Positions 8,949 through 19,096 of a DNA stretch of 64,000 bases are shown here, piece after piece (the stretch's first letter is position 1; each line of letters begins with the position of its first letter). This stretch comes from Pseudomonadota bacterium (GTDB lineage: Bacteria; Bdellovibrionota; Bdellovibrionia; Bdellovibrionales; SG-bin7), in contig JAWXAY010000094.1 of assembly GCA_034439715.1 (NCBI GenBank), positions 1 to 64,000 on the forward strand. Reading direction: 5' to 3'. The notes beneath the pieces were generated by a model. That model ran no database searches and was not told the DNA's origin. It saw only the letters and a program-made list of their open reading frames with translations. The translations under genes were made by a program, and so were the position numbers.

Positions 8949-9563
8949 ATGTTAAATGTTCCCTCGATAGACAGTTTAGTTCATGAGTTAAGCCGGCTCC
9001 CTGGCGTCGGGCAAAAATCGGCACAGAGGCTCGCGTATTTTATTTTACGCGCGCCTAAAGGGTTTTCAGAATGTTTGCGGGACGCTTTAAAGGGCGTGGA
9101 AGAAAAAGTTAAAACCTGTCCTAATTGCTATAGTTTTACGGAAGAAAAGATTTGCCACTACTGTAGCGATCCCAAGCGTGATGATTCTTTTTTGTGCGTG
9201 GTTGAGGAGCCCATGGATATACTCCGCGTCGAAAGCTCGGGCGCTTTTCGTGGACGTTACCACGTGCTACAGGGATCGATTTCACCTCTTGATGGTATTT
9301 CTCCTAGTGATTTAAGGATCAATGAGCTTTTGGAGAAGGTAGAACAAAGCCATCAGGATGGTAATCCGGGCGTGCAAGAAGTAATTTTGGCTTTAGATGC
9401 AGATCTTGAGGGCGACACGACTGTGCTTTATTTATCACGCAAGTTAAAAGACAAGGTTATTAAAATCTCTCGTATTGCGCATGGGGTTCCTATTGGGAGC
9501 GATATTGAATATATAGATCATAGAACATTAGGCCGAGCCCTAGAAAATAGGATAGAAATATAA
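8949..9563 (+). CDS. recR: Recombination mediator RecR
   Basis: LPGVGQKSAQRLA, C4 zinc finger, Toprim, RIAHGVPIG. Confidence 0.98.
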   Translation: MLNVPSIDSLVHELSRLPGVGQKSAQRLAYFILRAPKGFSECLRDALKGVEEKVKTCPNCYSFTEEKICHYCSDPKRDDSFLCVVEEPMDILRVESSGAFRGRYHVLQGSISPLDGISPSDLRINELLEKVEQSHQDGNPGVQEVILALDADLEGDTTVLYLSRKLKDKVIKISRIAHGVPIGSDIEYIDHRTLGRALENRIEI

Positions 9564-10154
9564 ATGTCATTCATTCATCAAAATGCAAAAGAAATTCACT
9601 GTAAAGTTGTATACTATGGTCCCTCTCTCGGTGGTAAAACCACCAACCTGCAATGGGTTTATAATAAAATGGTAGGGCAAGATAAATCTAATCTTTACAC
9701 GCTACCAACTGACGTAGAACGCACACTGTTTTTTGATTTTTTACCAGTGAGTATTGGTGAGATTCGAGGCTTTAAAACCCGATTTCATCTCTACACTGTA
9801 CCAGGTCAGGTGGTCTATGATGCCAGCCGCAAGCTAATTTTAAAAGGGCTAGACGGCATTGTTTTTGTGGCTGATTCACAACGTGAACGTATGGAAGAAA
9901 ACTTAGAGTCACTTTCAAACCTAGAAAAAAACCTCACTCAACAAGGTTATAATTTAAAAGAAATTCCTTTGGCTATTCAATATAACAAACGAGACTTGCC
10001 AAACGCCTGTTCTCTGGCGGAATTGAGGTCGGCCCTTAACCGTTTTAATTCGCCAGATTTTGAAGGAACTGCTTCTGAGGGTGTGGGGGTATTCGAACCT
10101 TTAAAGTATGTTTCAAAAACCATAGTGACAATGCTAAAGGGCGGCGACATATAA
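9564..10154 (+). CDS. mglA: Ras-like GTPase MglA
   Basis: KVVYYGPSLGGKTTNL, ERTLFFDFLP, YTVPGQV, QYNKRDL. Confidence 0.96.
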   Translation: MSFIHQNAKEIHCKVVYYGPSLGGKTTNLQWVYNKMVGQDKSNLYTLPTDVERTLFFDFLPVSIGEIRGFKTRFHLYTVPGQVVYDASRKLILKGLDGIVFVADSQRERMEENLESLSNLEKNLTQQGYNLKEIPLAIQYNKRDLPNACSLAELRSALNRFNSPDFEGTASEGVGVFEPLKYVSKTIVTMLKGGDI

Positions 10155-10160
10155 AGTTTT

Positions 10161-11153
10161 ATGGAAAAAATTGAAAGCCAGATTCAAGATCTAAAAAAGA
10201 AACACAACGCCATCGTCCTCGCTCATTATTATGAAGAGGGCGACATTCAAGATATTGCCGACTTTGTTGGAGACAGTCTCCAGATTGCCCAGTTTGGACA
10301 AAAAAGTGACGCCAAAACTATCGTTATGTGTGGCGTAGTTTTTATGGCGGAAAGTATTAAAATACTTTCTCCTGAAAAGAAAGTACTGGTTCCCGATGTT
10401 AACGCTGGCTGTTCACTCGTTGCCGCGTCTCCTTTTAAGGATTACCTCCATTGGCGAAAATCGCATCCGCACCATGTGGCTATTACCTATATCAACAGTA
10501 GCGTTGAAGTAAAATCTATCTCAGATGTCATCTGTACATCTTCTAATGCTGAAAAAATAATAAATAGTATCCCACGAGAGCGAGGGATACTGTTTGGACC
10601 GGATCGACATTTGGGCAATTATTTATCTAAAAAACTAAAGCGTCCCATGGAGTTGTGGCCAGGCGCTTGTGAGGTCCATGTTTTATTTTCAGCCAAAGAA
10701 CTTTTTTTACTGCGTGAAAAACATCCTGATGCTTGGATTTTGGCACATCCCGAATGTGATGACTCGGTATTAGCGCAGTCTGATGTCGTTGGATCTACCT
10801 CAAAACTATTAAGTGAAGTTCAAAATAATACTGCAAAAAGAAAATTCATCGTGGCCACTGAATTGGGAATTTTTCATCAAATGCAAAAGCTACGACCCGA
10901 AGCTGAACTTATTCAGGCGCCGACCGCCGAGGGCTGCGGATGTAATAAATGTCCCTACATGAAACTCAATACGCTAGAAAAAATTCGCGACACGTTAGTA
11001 AATCTATCCCCAGAAATTCGCGTCTCAAAAGACGTTTTAGAGCGAGCGCGTATTCCACTTGAGCGCATGATGGAAATTTCGTCTTCGCCAGAAACATGTT
11101 CAGTTGCAGCTAGTTATGATGATTCTCAGAGTGATACACCAACTCGAGCTTAA
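10161..11153 (+). CDS. nadA: Quinolinate synthase
   Basis: LAHYY, CGVVFMAES, AGCSL, YINSS, AHPEC, CPYMKLNTLEK. Confidence 0.97.
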   Translation: MEKIESQIQDLKKKHNAIVLAHYYEEGDIQDIADFVGDSLQIAQFGQKSDAKTIVMCGVVFMAESIKILSPEKKVLVPDVNAGCSLVAASPFKDYLHWRKSHPHHVAITYINSSVEVKSISDVICTSSNAEKIINSIPRERGILFGPDRHLGNYLSKKLKRPMELWPGACEVHVLFSAKELFLLREKHPDAWILAHPECDDSVLAQSDVVGSTSKLLSEVQNNTAKRKFIVATELGIFHQMQKLRPEAELIQAPTAEGCGCNKCPYMKLNTLEKIRDTLVNLSPEIRVSKDVLERARIPLERMMEISSSPETCSVAASYDDSQSDTPTRA

Positions 11154-11207
11154 CTTTAGTCTAGGCCTGCCGATAGGTTATTGTAACTATAAAGGTGGTA
11201 GGTTTTT

Positions 11208-11597
11208 ATGAGAACTAATTCAAGATCAGCAATAAGAAAAACATTAGGTCCAATTCACTTTCACAATCTTACTTCACTTGAAAAGTTTGCGATTCTGGCA
11301 AGAGCTGGAGTCATTGTGGATGCTTCGAGCCGCGGATTTTTACTGCGAGTAACCCGGCGTGATCTAGTACCTAAAAACCTGCGTGGAAACTTAAATATAG
11401 ATTGTTTGGTGGGCGAGAGAGTCATGTTAAAAATTGAAGAAATGAATCTCGAGATCGATGGCAAAATAACGAGAACTAGCATGATTGGTCGCGGAGTATT
11501 TGAGATAGCCATTGATTTCTCAGCTTCTGCACCAGATTATTGGCGCGAATGTTTATTGGACTTATTGCCAAACAAAGACGAATTTGCATTGGACTAG
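11208..11597 (+). CDS. PilZ-like domain protein
   Basis: RxxxR (RSAIR) and DxSxxG (DASSRG) motifs. Confidence 0.7.
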   Translation: MRTNSRSAIRKTLGPIHFHNLTSLEKFAILARAGVIVDASSRGFLLRVTRRDLVPKNLRGNLNIDCLVGERVMLKIEEMNLEIDGKITRTSMIGRGVFEIAIDFSASAPDYWRECLLDLLPNKDEFALD

Positions 11598-12232
11598 AGA
11601 GCAATAAATTTAGGTAGGCCTTTTTCTTCTAAAACTACAATTGAAGTATTAAACGGAAAAAACCAGCCAATTGCCTCCACAATCCCCTTATGTTCAGATT
11701 TCGGCGGATTACCCAGAGACTCAATTGAAAAACAAAGATCGAAAGATTTATTGTCAGAGGAGATCATTAACATCCTTGGCGCCAGAATTCCTTGGTGGTT
11801 AAAAAATTCTCTTAATATTTTTCGGGCATAGTGCGGAAAAAACTCAAGACTGGGCTCGCCATATGAAAATGGTCTATCTTTTTGCAATTCAAATTGAGAA
11901 GATTTTAAAGTCTCCAGTTTTGGTAATACCGTATTTTTTTCTTTAAGCCCCCAAACCATGCCGTATGTAAAAACATAGTCCGGCAGACCCTTTTGGGGAT
12001 TTACGACCATGCCGATGCCACGGTTCGAAAGCCAATCAATTATCTTTGAAACAGATTCAGTGGCACGACCAGATGTCTTTACAAACAAGTAAGGAAAGCC
12101 CTCCGGCCCTGGTTGGGGAGTATCTACCAAGAGTTCGACGTGACCTTTACAAAACTCCGTTAAAAAGGCGTGTTCCCAGGCGGTGTTTCTAGCATTGTCT
12201 TTGGTGGTTAAATAGGTCTCTAGATTAGTCAT
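11594..12232 (-). CDS. Hypothetical protein
   Basis: 212-aa ORF with no recognised motif. Confidence 0.7.
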   Translation of the reverse strand: MTNLETYLTTKDNARNTAWEHAFLTEFCKGHVELLVDTPQPGPEGFPYLFVKTSGRATESVSKIIDWLSNRGIGMVVNPQKGLPDYVFTYGMVWGLKEKNTVLPKLETLKSSQFELQKDRPFSYGEPSLEFFPHYARKILREFFNHQGILAPRMLMISSDNKSFDLCFSIESLGNPPKSEHKGIVEAIGWFFPFNTSIVVLEEKGLPKFIAL

Positions 12233-12293
12233 GAGATAAATTATTTCTCATAAAACTAATTAAGTGTCATGGCCTTTGATTATAATTGAGGCT

Positions 12294-12626
12294 TTAGCGC
12301 TTGCGTTCTTTTTGGACTGTTTTTTTGGGAATATTAATTTGGAGCCCATCAAAAAGCGAGAGTTGACAAGATAGCCGCTCCTGGTCAACAAACCCTCGGT
12401 CTAGTGCCATTTCCTTCTCGAGAGTTTCTCGCGCCGGCAAACCATTGATATCGCTTTTGATTAATACCCGACATGTGCCGCAGCTTGCTCCGCCTCCGCA
12501 GGAATGATCAATACTAATGCCATTTTTAACTAACAATTGAAGCAGATTTTTTTCATCAGTAAATGGGATAACTACTTCTTGGGGACCTATTTTTATGAAG
12601 CCTGTCGGCTGTTTACTCTTTTTCAC
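12294..12626 (-). CDS. 2Fe-2S ferredoxin
   Basis: HSCGGGASCGTCRV ... RLSCQ. Confidence 0.93.
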   Translation of the reverse strand: MKKSKQPTGFIKIGPQEVVIPFTDEKNLLQLLVKNGISIDHSCGGGASCGTCRVLIKSDINGLPARETLEKEMALDRGFVDQERLSCQLSLFDGLQINIPKKTVQKERKR

Positions 12627-12665
12627 TACCTTGAATTATACCAAAAAGTTGGCTAACTTAAACGT

Positions 12666-13271
12666 ATGAAATTTATTTCTTTTGATTTGGAGACTACAGG
12701 AACAGTAGCGGGCGTTGATCGTATTGTTGAAGTGGGTGCTATATGTTTTGAAGATGGACAGCCGACGCGACGATTTTCAACTTTGGTAAATCCCTTAATG
12801 TCGATCCCGCCGGGCGCCAGTCGCGTTAACGGGATATTTGACGAGATGGTCAAAGGTCAGCCCACGATTGATCAGGTTTTGGGCCCCTTAGCTGAGTTTT
12901 GTGAAGACATCCCAATGGTGGCTCACAACTCTCCATTCGACACTCAGTTTTTGGTTTCAGATATCAAAACTTTTGAGACCACAGCTCCTCGTGGAATAGT
13001 TTTTGACACTCTGGCTTTAGCCAGAAAGGTGTTTCCGGGGCTTTCTAATTATCGGTTAGAAACTTTAGTTCAACATTTAAAAATTCCGAGCGCTGGTTTT
13101 CACCGCGCAGAGGCCGATGCTGTCTATTGTGGAATTCTTTTTTCAAAAATTTTGGAGCGGGCAGCGATGACAACCATAGATTTTACAAAATTATTGGCGT
13201 TAACAAATCGGCCAGAGTTTAGGTTTCCCCAAATTATTCCTCAGCCCAAGCAGCTTGTGTTTACACTTTAG
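12666..13271 (+). CDS. DEDDh 3'-5' exonuclease (DnaQ-like)
   Basis: FDLETTG, VAHNSPFD, HRAEADA. Confidence 0.93.
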   Translation: MKFISFDLETTGTVAGVDRIVEVGAICFEDGQPTRRFSTLVNPLMSIPPGASRVNGIFDEMVKGQPTIDQVLGPLAEFCEDIPMVAHNSPFDTQFLVSDIKTFETTAPRGIVFDTLALARKVFPGLSNYRLETLVQHLKIPSAGFHRAEADAVYCGILFSKILERAAMTTIDFTKLLALTNRPEFRFPQIIPQPKQLVFTL

Positions 13272-14874
13272 CATTATGTGCAATCGGAAAAAACCGTCCC
13301 CGGCCAAAAGCGTGTTGTGAGATTCTCAATATTGGCGGGGCTTGCCAACGTTTAAATTCACTGCGTAAGAGGGAATTTAAAAGCCAAGATTCGATTTCAT
13401 TGCTGACAGGTTTTTTGTTTTCAACAATGTTGATAACGGCTTTATCTAATTTTTCATACTCTGGCAAAGTATCTTGATCTTTTTGGTTTGGTCGAAGCTC
13501 CGCTGAGGGGGGACGGGTGATTATTTCGCTGGGAATTAGCTCATGCTCTAGGTTGTAGTGATGCGCTAATGCATATACCTGGCCTTTAAGCAGATCTCCG
13601 ATGGGCGCAAGGCCGCCACACATATCGCCATATAAAGTACAGTAGCCCGAGGCATATTCACTCTTGTTGCCTGTCGTAAGAAGTAAGCTATTTTTATAGT
13701 TAGCAAAGGCCATTAATACATTGGCCCTTATTCGAGCCTGTAGATTTTCGTGGAGTACAGAAAAAGCCAAAGGCTCCCAAGATTTTTCTAGGGTCGCAAG
13801 CGTTTGATTGTAGATGTCGGTTATAGGAACAGACTTAAATTCAATTCCCAAATTTTTTGCTAATTTTGCGGCCCAGGTGAAACTCTCTGGTAAATTAAAT
13901 GGTCCCGGTAGCGCGATGCCGGTCACGCAAGTAGGTCTTAGGGCATCAGCAGAAAGGCAAGCGACAACTGCAGAATCTATCCCGCCGCTTAAACCCAGAT
14001 GCAGGCGCTCAAATCCAACTTTCTGTGCAAAGTCTCGAATGCCGAGAACCAGAGCCTGTCTGAGCTTTTCGATTTCGCTCAACTTTTGGGGGCGTTTACC
14101 TCCCAAAGAAGTCTTCATATCAAACACATTAATATCTTCGTTAAATTGCACTGATTGAGTGAGGATTTTTCCGTTGGGATCAATCACAAAGCTGCCACCA
14201 TCAAAAATGAGTTCATCCTGTGCGCCAACCATATTAACATAAACCAAAGGCGCTTTAAATTTTTTGGCCGTGAGCTGGCAGACAGTCTTTCTTTGGCTCT
14301 CTTTGGTGATTGAAAATGGCGAGGCGCTAATATTAACAACTAGATCGACTTTTTCTTTTACTTTTATTAACGGGTTTTTGGGATACAGATTTTTGTAACC
14401 CTTAAATTCCCAGGCCCATATATCTTCACATATTGTGATTAATATTTTTTTACTTTTAAACTTCAAGATTGTTTTACCAGTTTGCCCATGTTCAATGTGA
14501 CGGTACTCATCAAAGACATCATATGTTGGCAGCAGCTCTTTGTGAAACAAGACTGGCTTTTTGCCCTTTTCCATAAAAACTGCCGAATTGAATAGGGCTT
14601 TGCCCGGGCCATTATTTTCTGTAATTGCTCCAAAGAGTATTCCAATATTTTTTGGGATTTCCTTGCCAATTTGTTTTAGATATTTCAGTTGATCAGATAC
14701 AATCGGTTTTCTTTCTAACAGATCTGAAGGCCGATAACCAAAGAGGCTTAATTCTGGAAAGATCACCAAGTCGCAGTGTCTTTCAAGGGCCTTCTTAGTA
14801 TAGGAAATAATTTGGCCTTTGTTATATTTGAAATCGCCTAGTCGAGAATTTATTTGTGCGAGTGCAATTCTCAC
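13261..14874 (-). CDS. nadE: Glutamine-dependent NAD+ synthetase
   Basis: Nitrilase-like domain (FPEL, ICEDIW) plus GLSGGIDS, ENLQARIR, TTGNKSE, PSAELRPNQKD. Confidence 0.97.
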   Translation of the reverse strand: MRIALAQINSRLGDFKYNKGQIISYTKKALERHCDLVIFPELSLFGYRPSDLLERKPIVSDQLKYLKQIGKEIPKNIGILFGAITENNGPGKALFNSAVFMEKGKKPVLFHKELLPTYDVFDEYRHIEHGQTGKTILKFKSKKILITICEDIWAWEFKGYKNLYPKNPLIKVKEKVDLVVNISASPFSITKESQRKTVCQLTAKKFKAPLVYVNMVGAQDELIFDGGSFVIDPNGKILTQSVQFNEDINVFDMKTSLGGKRPQKLSEIEKLRQALVLGIRDFAQKVGFERLHLGLSGGIDSAVVACLSADALRPTCVTGIALPGPFNLPESFTWAAKLAKNLGIEFKSVPITDIYNQTLATLEKSWEPLAFSVLHENLQARIRANVLMAFANYKNSLLLTTGNKSEYASGYCTLYGDMCGGLAPIGDLLKGQVYALAHHYNLEHELIPSEIITRPPSAELRPNQKDQDTLPEYEKLDKAVINIVENKKPVSNEIESWLLNSLLRSEFKRWQAPPILRISQHAFGRGRFFPIAHNAKV

Positions 14875-15269
14875 AGTGGCAGTGTATTTTCCGTAGGTTT
14901 TAATTCATTAATAGAAATGCGTTTAGAGTAGCCATCAGATTTGCTATGCCAAAAACCTATCTTTTTTTCGGGGTATTTCCAGCAATAATAGCCATCATCT
15001 TTGGTTGGAAAGTCGCCGATCCACAGGCCGCGCGAAAGGATTCCCAACTTTTGCATTTTGGACTTCCAGGCCTCAATATGAAAATTAATCTCTTGCTCCG
15101 TTTTCCAAGAATCACTGCTAAGATTTTTTTGCCGTGTATCGATTTGTTCAATCAGCGACTTCACAATTTCGCTATGATGTTTCGTAATTCGACAGACGAT
15201 GGGTAGAAGGGCCTGAGCTTCGTCTTCGCTAAAGGTGCGAGCTGTATTGATCGTGTAAATCTGCGACAA
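14871..15269 (-). CDS. DUF2203-like protein
   Basis: RTFSEDEAQALLP ... DFP ... YCWKYPEKKIGFWH ... GYSKR. Confidence 0.85.
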   Translation of the reverse strand: MSQIYTINTARTFSEDEAQALLPIVCRITKHHSEIVKSLIEQIDTRQKNLSSDSWKTEQEINFHIEAWKSKMQKLGILSRGLWIGDFPTKDDGYYCWKYPEKKIGFWHSKSDGYSKRISINELKPTENTLPL

Positions 15270-15384
15270 AGTTTTTCCTTCTGGTTGAGTTGTTTATGGC
15301 AAACACGACTCTGACTTTCAATATAAATATCATAGCGATTTAATATTGCCGCGAAGGTTTCAATCTAGATTATAACTGAAATTA

Positions 15385-16413
15385 TTACAGCAGAGTGCGA
15401 TTTGCTCGAAGCGTTACTACAAGTTCTTGGATTTCCCGAGCTGAGATCGGAAAATATTTAACGTGGGGCTCGATGATTTCCTGGGCAATGGCTTCAGGAA
15501 TTTGCTCTGTAGTATCAAGCAAACTAGCGATTTGGTCCGCGATTCTTAAACAGATTTCAATGCGATTAAGACGGGAGTCTCTGATTTCTAGAAAACCAAA
15601 ATCGTGGTGGTACTCGACTGCGGCCTCCCAGTCTTTTAACACCTCAATTTGCCAGAGAAGTAGGCTTCCAGCTTCTGGGTGTGAGTACTTAAAGGCTTCT
15701 TGCTCAAGCTCTACTTCAAAGGCGTCGTCATAAGGGTAACGGGCCTTGAGGTAAGAATGCTTAATCATGATATCCTTGTACTTTTCGGGATAACTAAAGG
15801 CGAGTAGTAACTTGCCAATATCGTGCATTAACCCTGTCGCAAACAGCAGTTTTTGGAGGGGAAGCTCACTTTTTTTATTACTGGTAAACGACCAAGACAA
15901 TGAGGCCGTCCTCATGCTGTGCAACCAGGTTTTTGCAAATAAATTGGCAAAATTCTCTTTAAGGACGGAATTCGAATTGAGCCATTCCTCAAAAATATCA
16001 AAAACAAAGCCGGCAGCGAAGGCTGTACCCGAAAAGGGGCAGCCTAGAGACTTGGCAAGTGCTTCACTCTCTCGGGCACGTTGAATTTTGGCGCTGGAGG
16101 CTGCTATGGTTTTGAAGTTTTGATCCGATTTTGGGTTAAAAATACGGGATATCGAATGGCCAAGTATAAAATAAGTGGAGTGTTGAAGGCCGATCAACGA
16201 AACCGCATGAGATAAAGATTTCACGGGACCTAACTTTGAAAGGTTCGATGCTTCCAAAATAATTTGTTCTGTAAAAAATGCATCGTCAACAATGGCATTC
16301 TCGATGTCTTGCGAACTTTCATCACCGGCAATCAAGCGATTTAAAATTTTCTGCGCCGAGGGACCCACGTCAAACTTTTCAACCCCGACTTGATACAGGT
16401 CGCGAATATCCAT
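15385..16413 (-). CDS. HDOD-domain protein
   Basis: SLSHAVSLIG, WLHS, GLMHDIGKLLL, SHPEAG, AVEYHH. Confidence 0.85.
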   Translation of the reverse strand: MDIRDLYQVGVEKFDVGPSAQKILNRLIAGDESSQDIENAIVDDAFFTEQIILEASNLSKLGPVKSLSHAVSLIGLQHSTYFILGHSISRIFNPKSDQNFKTIAASSAKIQRARESEALAKSLGCPFSGTAFAAGFVFDIFEEWLNSNSVLKENFANLFAKTWLHSMRTASLSWSFTSNKKSELPLQKLLFATGLMHDIGKLLLAFSYPEKYKDIMIKHSYLKARYPYDDAFEVELEQEAFKYSHPEAGSLLLWQIEVLKDWEAAVEYHHDFGFLEIRDSRLNRIEICLRIADQIASLLDTTEQIPEAIAQEIIEPHVKYFPISAREIQELVVTLRANRTLL

Positions 16414-16420
16414 GGTTAAA

Positions 16421-17290
16421 CTAATCCCATTCCTTGCTGATTTGTAAGCCCTGGCTCCCTAAAAGTATAAATAGGGCTATAATAATTGCTGCGATAAACA
16501 GTATCCTCAAATATCCACCTAAACCGAAATCAATAGCGCTATCATCTTCGCTGCCTTTTTTCGCGGCTGACGGCTCTCGAACTGGAAGCCTTTTGTTATC
16601 TATTAGGGTCTGACCTTGCCCGGCATCTTCTTTAGTGATTTTGATTTTTTGTTTTAATTTCTCTGCGTCCACTTCGTCTAACCCAGTCGGAATTCTGCGG
16701 CGTTCAACCTCTGTAATTATGGCTGAGGTGCCCTCTTTTCCGCGTGACGAGATAATCGAATCGTCGCCGCCAGATTCGTCGCCTTCACTAGCGGCGTCAG
16801 CTCCTACTCTAGCTCCCGCCCCTCTGCCTCGGCCTCCTGATCTGGAACCTCGAGAACTAAAGGGTGAAGCGTCGGAGCCGCCACCACTGGCCGCGGTATC
16901 ACCCTTGCTATTTGGTCCCGATTTTTCGGCTTTACCCTCTTCTCCATCCGTGCCTTTGTCTTCGCCAACGCCCTTAAATCCCTTTGCTGGGCGCCCACTC
17001 GCTAAACTAAAATCTTCGTATTCGGCCTCGCATCCTAATGAGGGGCCGCCGCCTAAACTTGGAAGTTCGCCGTATTCAAGGATACAGGCTAGATAATTTC
17101 CAAAATAGTTTGCGGCATATTTTTTAAAGGCGTCATTAAATTGGTACAACATTCCAAAAGCCAGTGAGACAACAAAGAACAATAGCAAAACATATTCTAA
17201 AATTCCCTGGCCCTTTTCAGAGCCCAATAAAGAATTCTGTTTAGTTTTAATCCGACGAAAGATATGATGGTTGAATGTCCAAAAGTTCAT
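16421..17290 (-). CDS. Flp/TadE-like prepilin with long Gly/Ser linker and C-terminal TM helix
   Basis: KG|QGILEYVLLL class III signal, Cys pair, low-complexity centre, hydrophobic C-terminal helix. Confidence 0.75.
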   Translation of the reverse strand: MNFWTFNHHIFRRIKTKQNSLLGSEKGQGILEYVLLLFFVVSLAFGMLYQFNDAFKKYAANYFGNYLACILEYGELPSLGGGPSLGCEAEYEDFSLASGRPAKGFKGVGEDKGTDGEEGKAEKSGPNSKGDTAASGGGSDASPFSSRGSRSGGRGRGAGARVGADAASEGDESGGDDSIISSRGKEGTSAIITEVERRRIPTGLDEVDAEKLKQKIKITKEDAGQGQTLIDNKRLPVREPSAAKKGSEDDSAIDFGLGGYLRILFIAAIIIALFILLGSQGLQISKEWD

Positions 17291-18588
17291 ACCTGTTAAT
17301 TATAGCAAATTCTAGAGTTTATCGGCAGGGGCTATCTTTGATTCTTTTTGTAGTTGTCTCGACCTTGGCAGGGGGTAGTAGTCCGGCTTTTGCCAAGAAG
17401 AAGACCAGAGAAAAGACCAGCGGAGTGCAAAAAATCGAACTTAGTCGAGAGCAGATACGCAAACTTCAAGAGCAAGCAGAATCGGGAGACAAGGGCCTTA
17501 AAGCTCGAAAAAAGCTGTCCGGGTATTATTTTTCAAATAAAGAGTACAAGAAAGTAATAGATTACTTGAGCCCCGTTGCTGAAGGTTTAGATCGAGAATC
17601 TCTCGGGTGGCTGACGACAAGTTACCGTCAGGATAAAAATTATCTCAATGAGATTCGAGTTCTCGAACAATGGCTGAGTCGTCAAGAAAATGACTATATT
17701 ATTTTAAAAACGTTGGGCGATGCCTATAAGGCGATCGATAAAATCGAAGACGCCACAAAGCTTTATCAAATGTCGATTGCTGCAAACAAAAAGTATATTC
17801 CTGCCTATCAGGCCTTGCTCGATGCTTATGCCGATCAAGGAAACTTTGGTGACGCGCGGGTGCTGGTTACGGAGCTCATTTCTCAGCTTGGCGAAAAGCC
17901 TGAATATCTACATAAATTGTGTGAGTATTATTTTTCTGATGGATATCTCAAAGAATCTCGTTCTTACTGCCAAAAGGCCGTTTCTCGTGACCCCAAGTTC
18001 GCTGATTCGCATGTCATTTTAGGAATGACTTATAAAGAAGAAGAAAAAAAAGATCGTTATGAAAAAGTCCTAAGAACAGCGGCAAAACAATTTCCGAGGT
18101 CTGAATTGGCGCAATTTAAAGCCGGGGAGATGTCAGAAGATTTAAAGGACATGGCCTCAGCTTACAAATTTTATAAACAGGCAACAATTGCTGATCGCGA
18201 ATCAATAAGGTCTTGGATAAAAATGGGTTTCACCGGAGTAGCTCTGAAAAAATACGAAGACGCGCTGGGTGCCTTTGTAAAAGCGTGTGCTTTTGATCGT
18301 TCAGGGGCAATGGATCCGTTTCGTACTGCCCTTGCTGAGCTCCGAAAGTACGGCCTAAATAGTTGGTACGAAAAGTATGATGCCGCTATTCAAAAATGCA
18401 AATACGATCCTCAAATAGTCTCAACAAGAAAGGTCAAAGAGTTTAAAAAAGGCGGATATGTGGAAGCGCCAATTCTGACGAGTCCAGCTCCCATCGTGCC
18501 GCCGGTAGTACCGATCCCAGCACCTGTTGTTGACCCCGTGGTCACACCACCACTAGAAGCTACCCCTGAGCCGCCCACTGGGACTTAA
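17275..18588 (+). CDS. Secreted TPR-repeat protein with Pro-rich tail (true start probably about 17338)
   Basis: Repeated TPR-like helices; signal-like segment ending AFA; annotated start overlaps the divergent gene. Confidence 0.85.
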   Translation: MSKSSYLLIIANSRVYRQGLSLILFVVVSTLAGGSSPAFAKKKTREKTSGVQKIELSREQIRKLQEQAESGDKGLKARKKLSGYYFSNKEYKKVIDYLSPVAEGLDRESLGWLTTSYRQDKNYLNEIRVLEQWLSRQENDYIILKTLGDAYKAIDKIEDATKLYQMSIAANKKYIPAYQALLDAYADQGNFGDARVLVTELISQLGEKPEYLHKLCEYYFSDGYLKESRSYCQKAVSRDPKFADSHVILGMTYKEEEKKDRYEKVLRTAAKQFPRSELAQFKAGEMSEDLKDMASAYKFYKQATIADRESIRSWIKMGFTGVALKKYEDALGAFVKACAFDRSGAMDPFRTALAELRKYGLNSWYEKYDAAIQKCKYDPQIVSTRKVKEFKKGGYVEAPILTSPAPIVPPVVPIPAPVVDPVVTPPLEATPEPPTGT

Positions 18589-19096
18589 CTGCAAGTGGCA
18601 TTTCATTCAACACTTCACAAAAAGTATTTTTGTGTTTGGCTTGCGCTTTAAAGTTTTCACAGGCCGCTTTAGGTCCTGTTAGGAATGCTATTGCTCTGCC
18701 ATTCATGGCCCTGCCAGAATCAATTTCAAGAATTTTTATATTTGGATTGTCACAGGCCAGTTTTACTAAACGAAAACACGAGGCCAAGGTTTTTGATTCT
18801 ATCACGATGACCGACTCAATAAGTACAGGCTTGATGTGACCATACAATGCATTGAGGAGATTTTTGTGATCACCGATACAATTATAAAAATCTAGAATGT
18901 TTTTTTTATTTTTTTTGAAAGCCGCCAATACTTCCTTAGTTTTTGTTGTTTCAAATAAAAATATGAGTTTTGCAGGGGCCTGAGAGAAAATCTCAATCAC
19001 CTCAGGGTTAAACTTCTGGACCAAGGAATTGACCATAAGATAGCCAGTGGCAATGGTTTTAAACTCTACTATGAAAAAACTTTTTACAGTGTCCAT
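18560..19096 (-). CDS. Divergent PduT-like tandem BMC shell-domain protein
   Basis: Two BMC-like repeats (IVEFKTIATGY...APAKLIFL; VIESKTLASCF...MNGRAIAFLTG) aligned by eye to recalled PduT; start at 19096 or 19120. Confidence 0.65.
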   Translation of the reverse strand: MDTVKSFFIVEFKTIATGYLMVNSLVQKFNPEVIEIFSQAPAKLIFLFETTKTKEVLAAFKKNKKNILDFYNCIGDHKNLLNALYGHIKPVLIESVIVIESKTLASCFRLVKLACDNPNIKILEIDSGRAMNGRAIAFLTGPKAACENFKAQAKHKNTFCEVLNEMPLAVKSQWAAQG

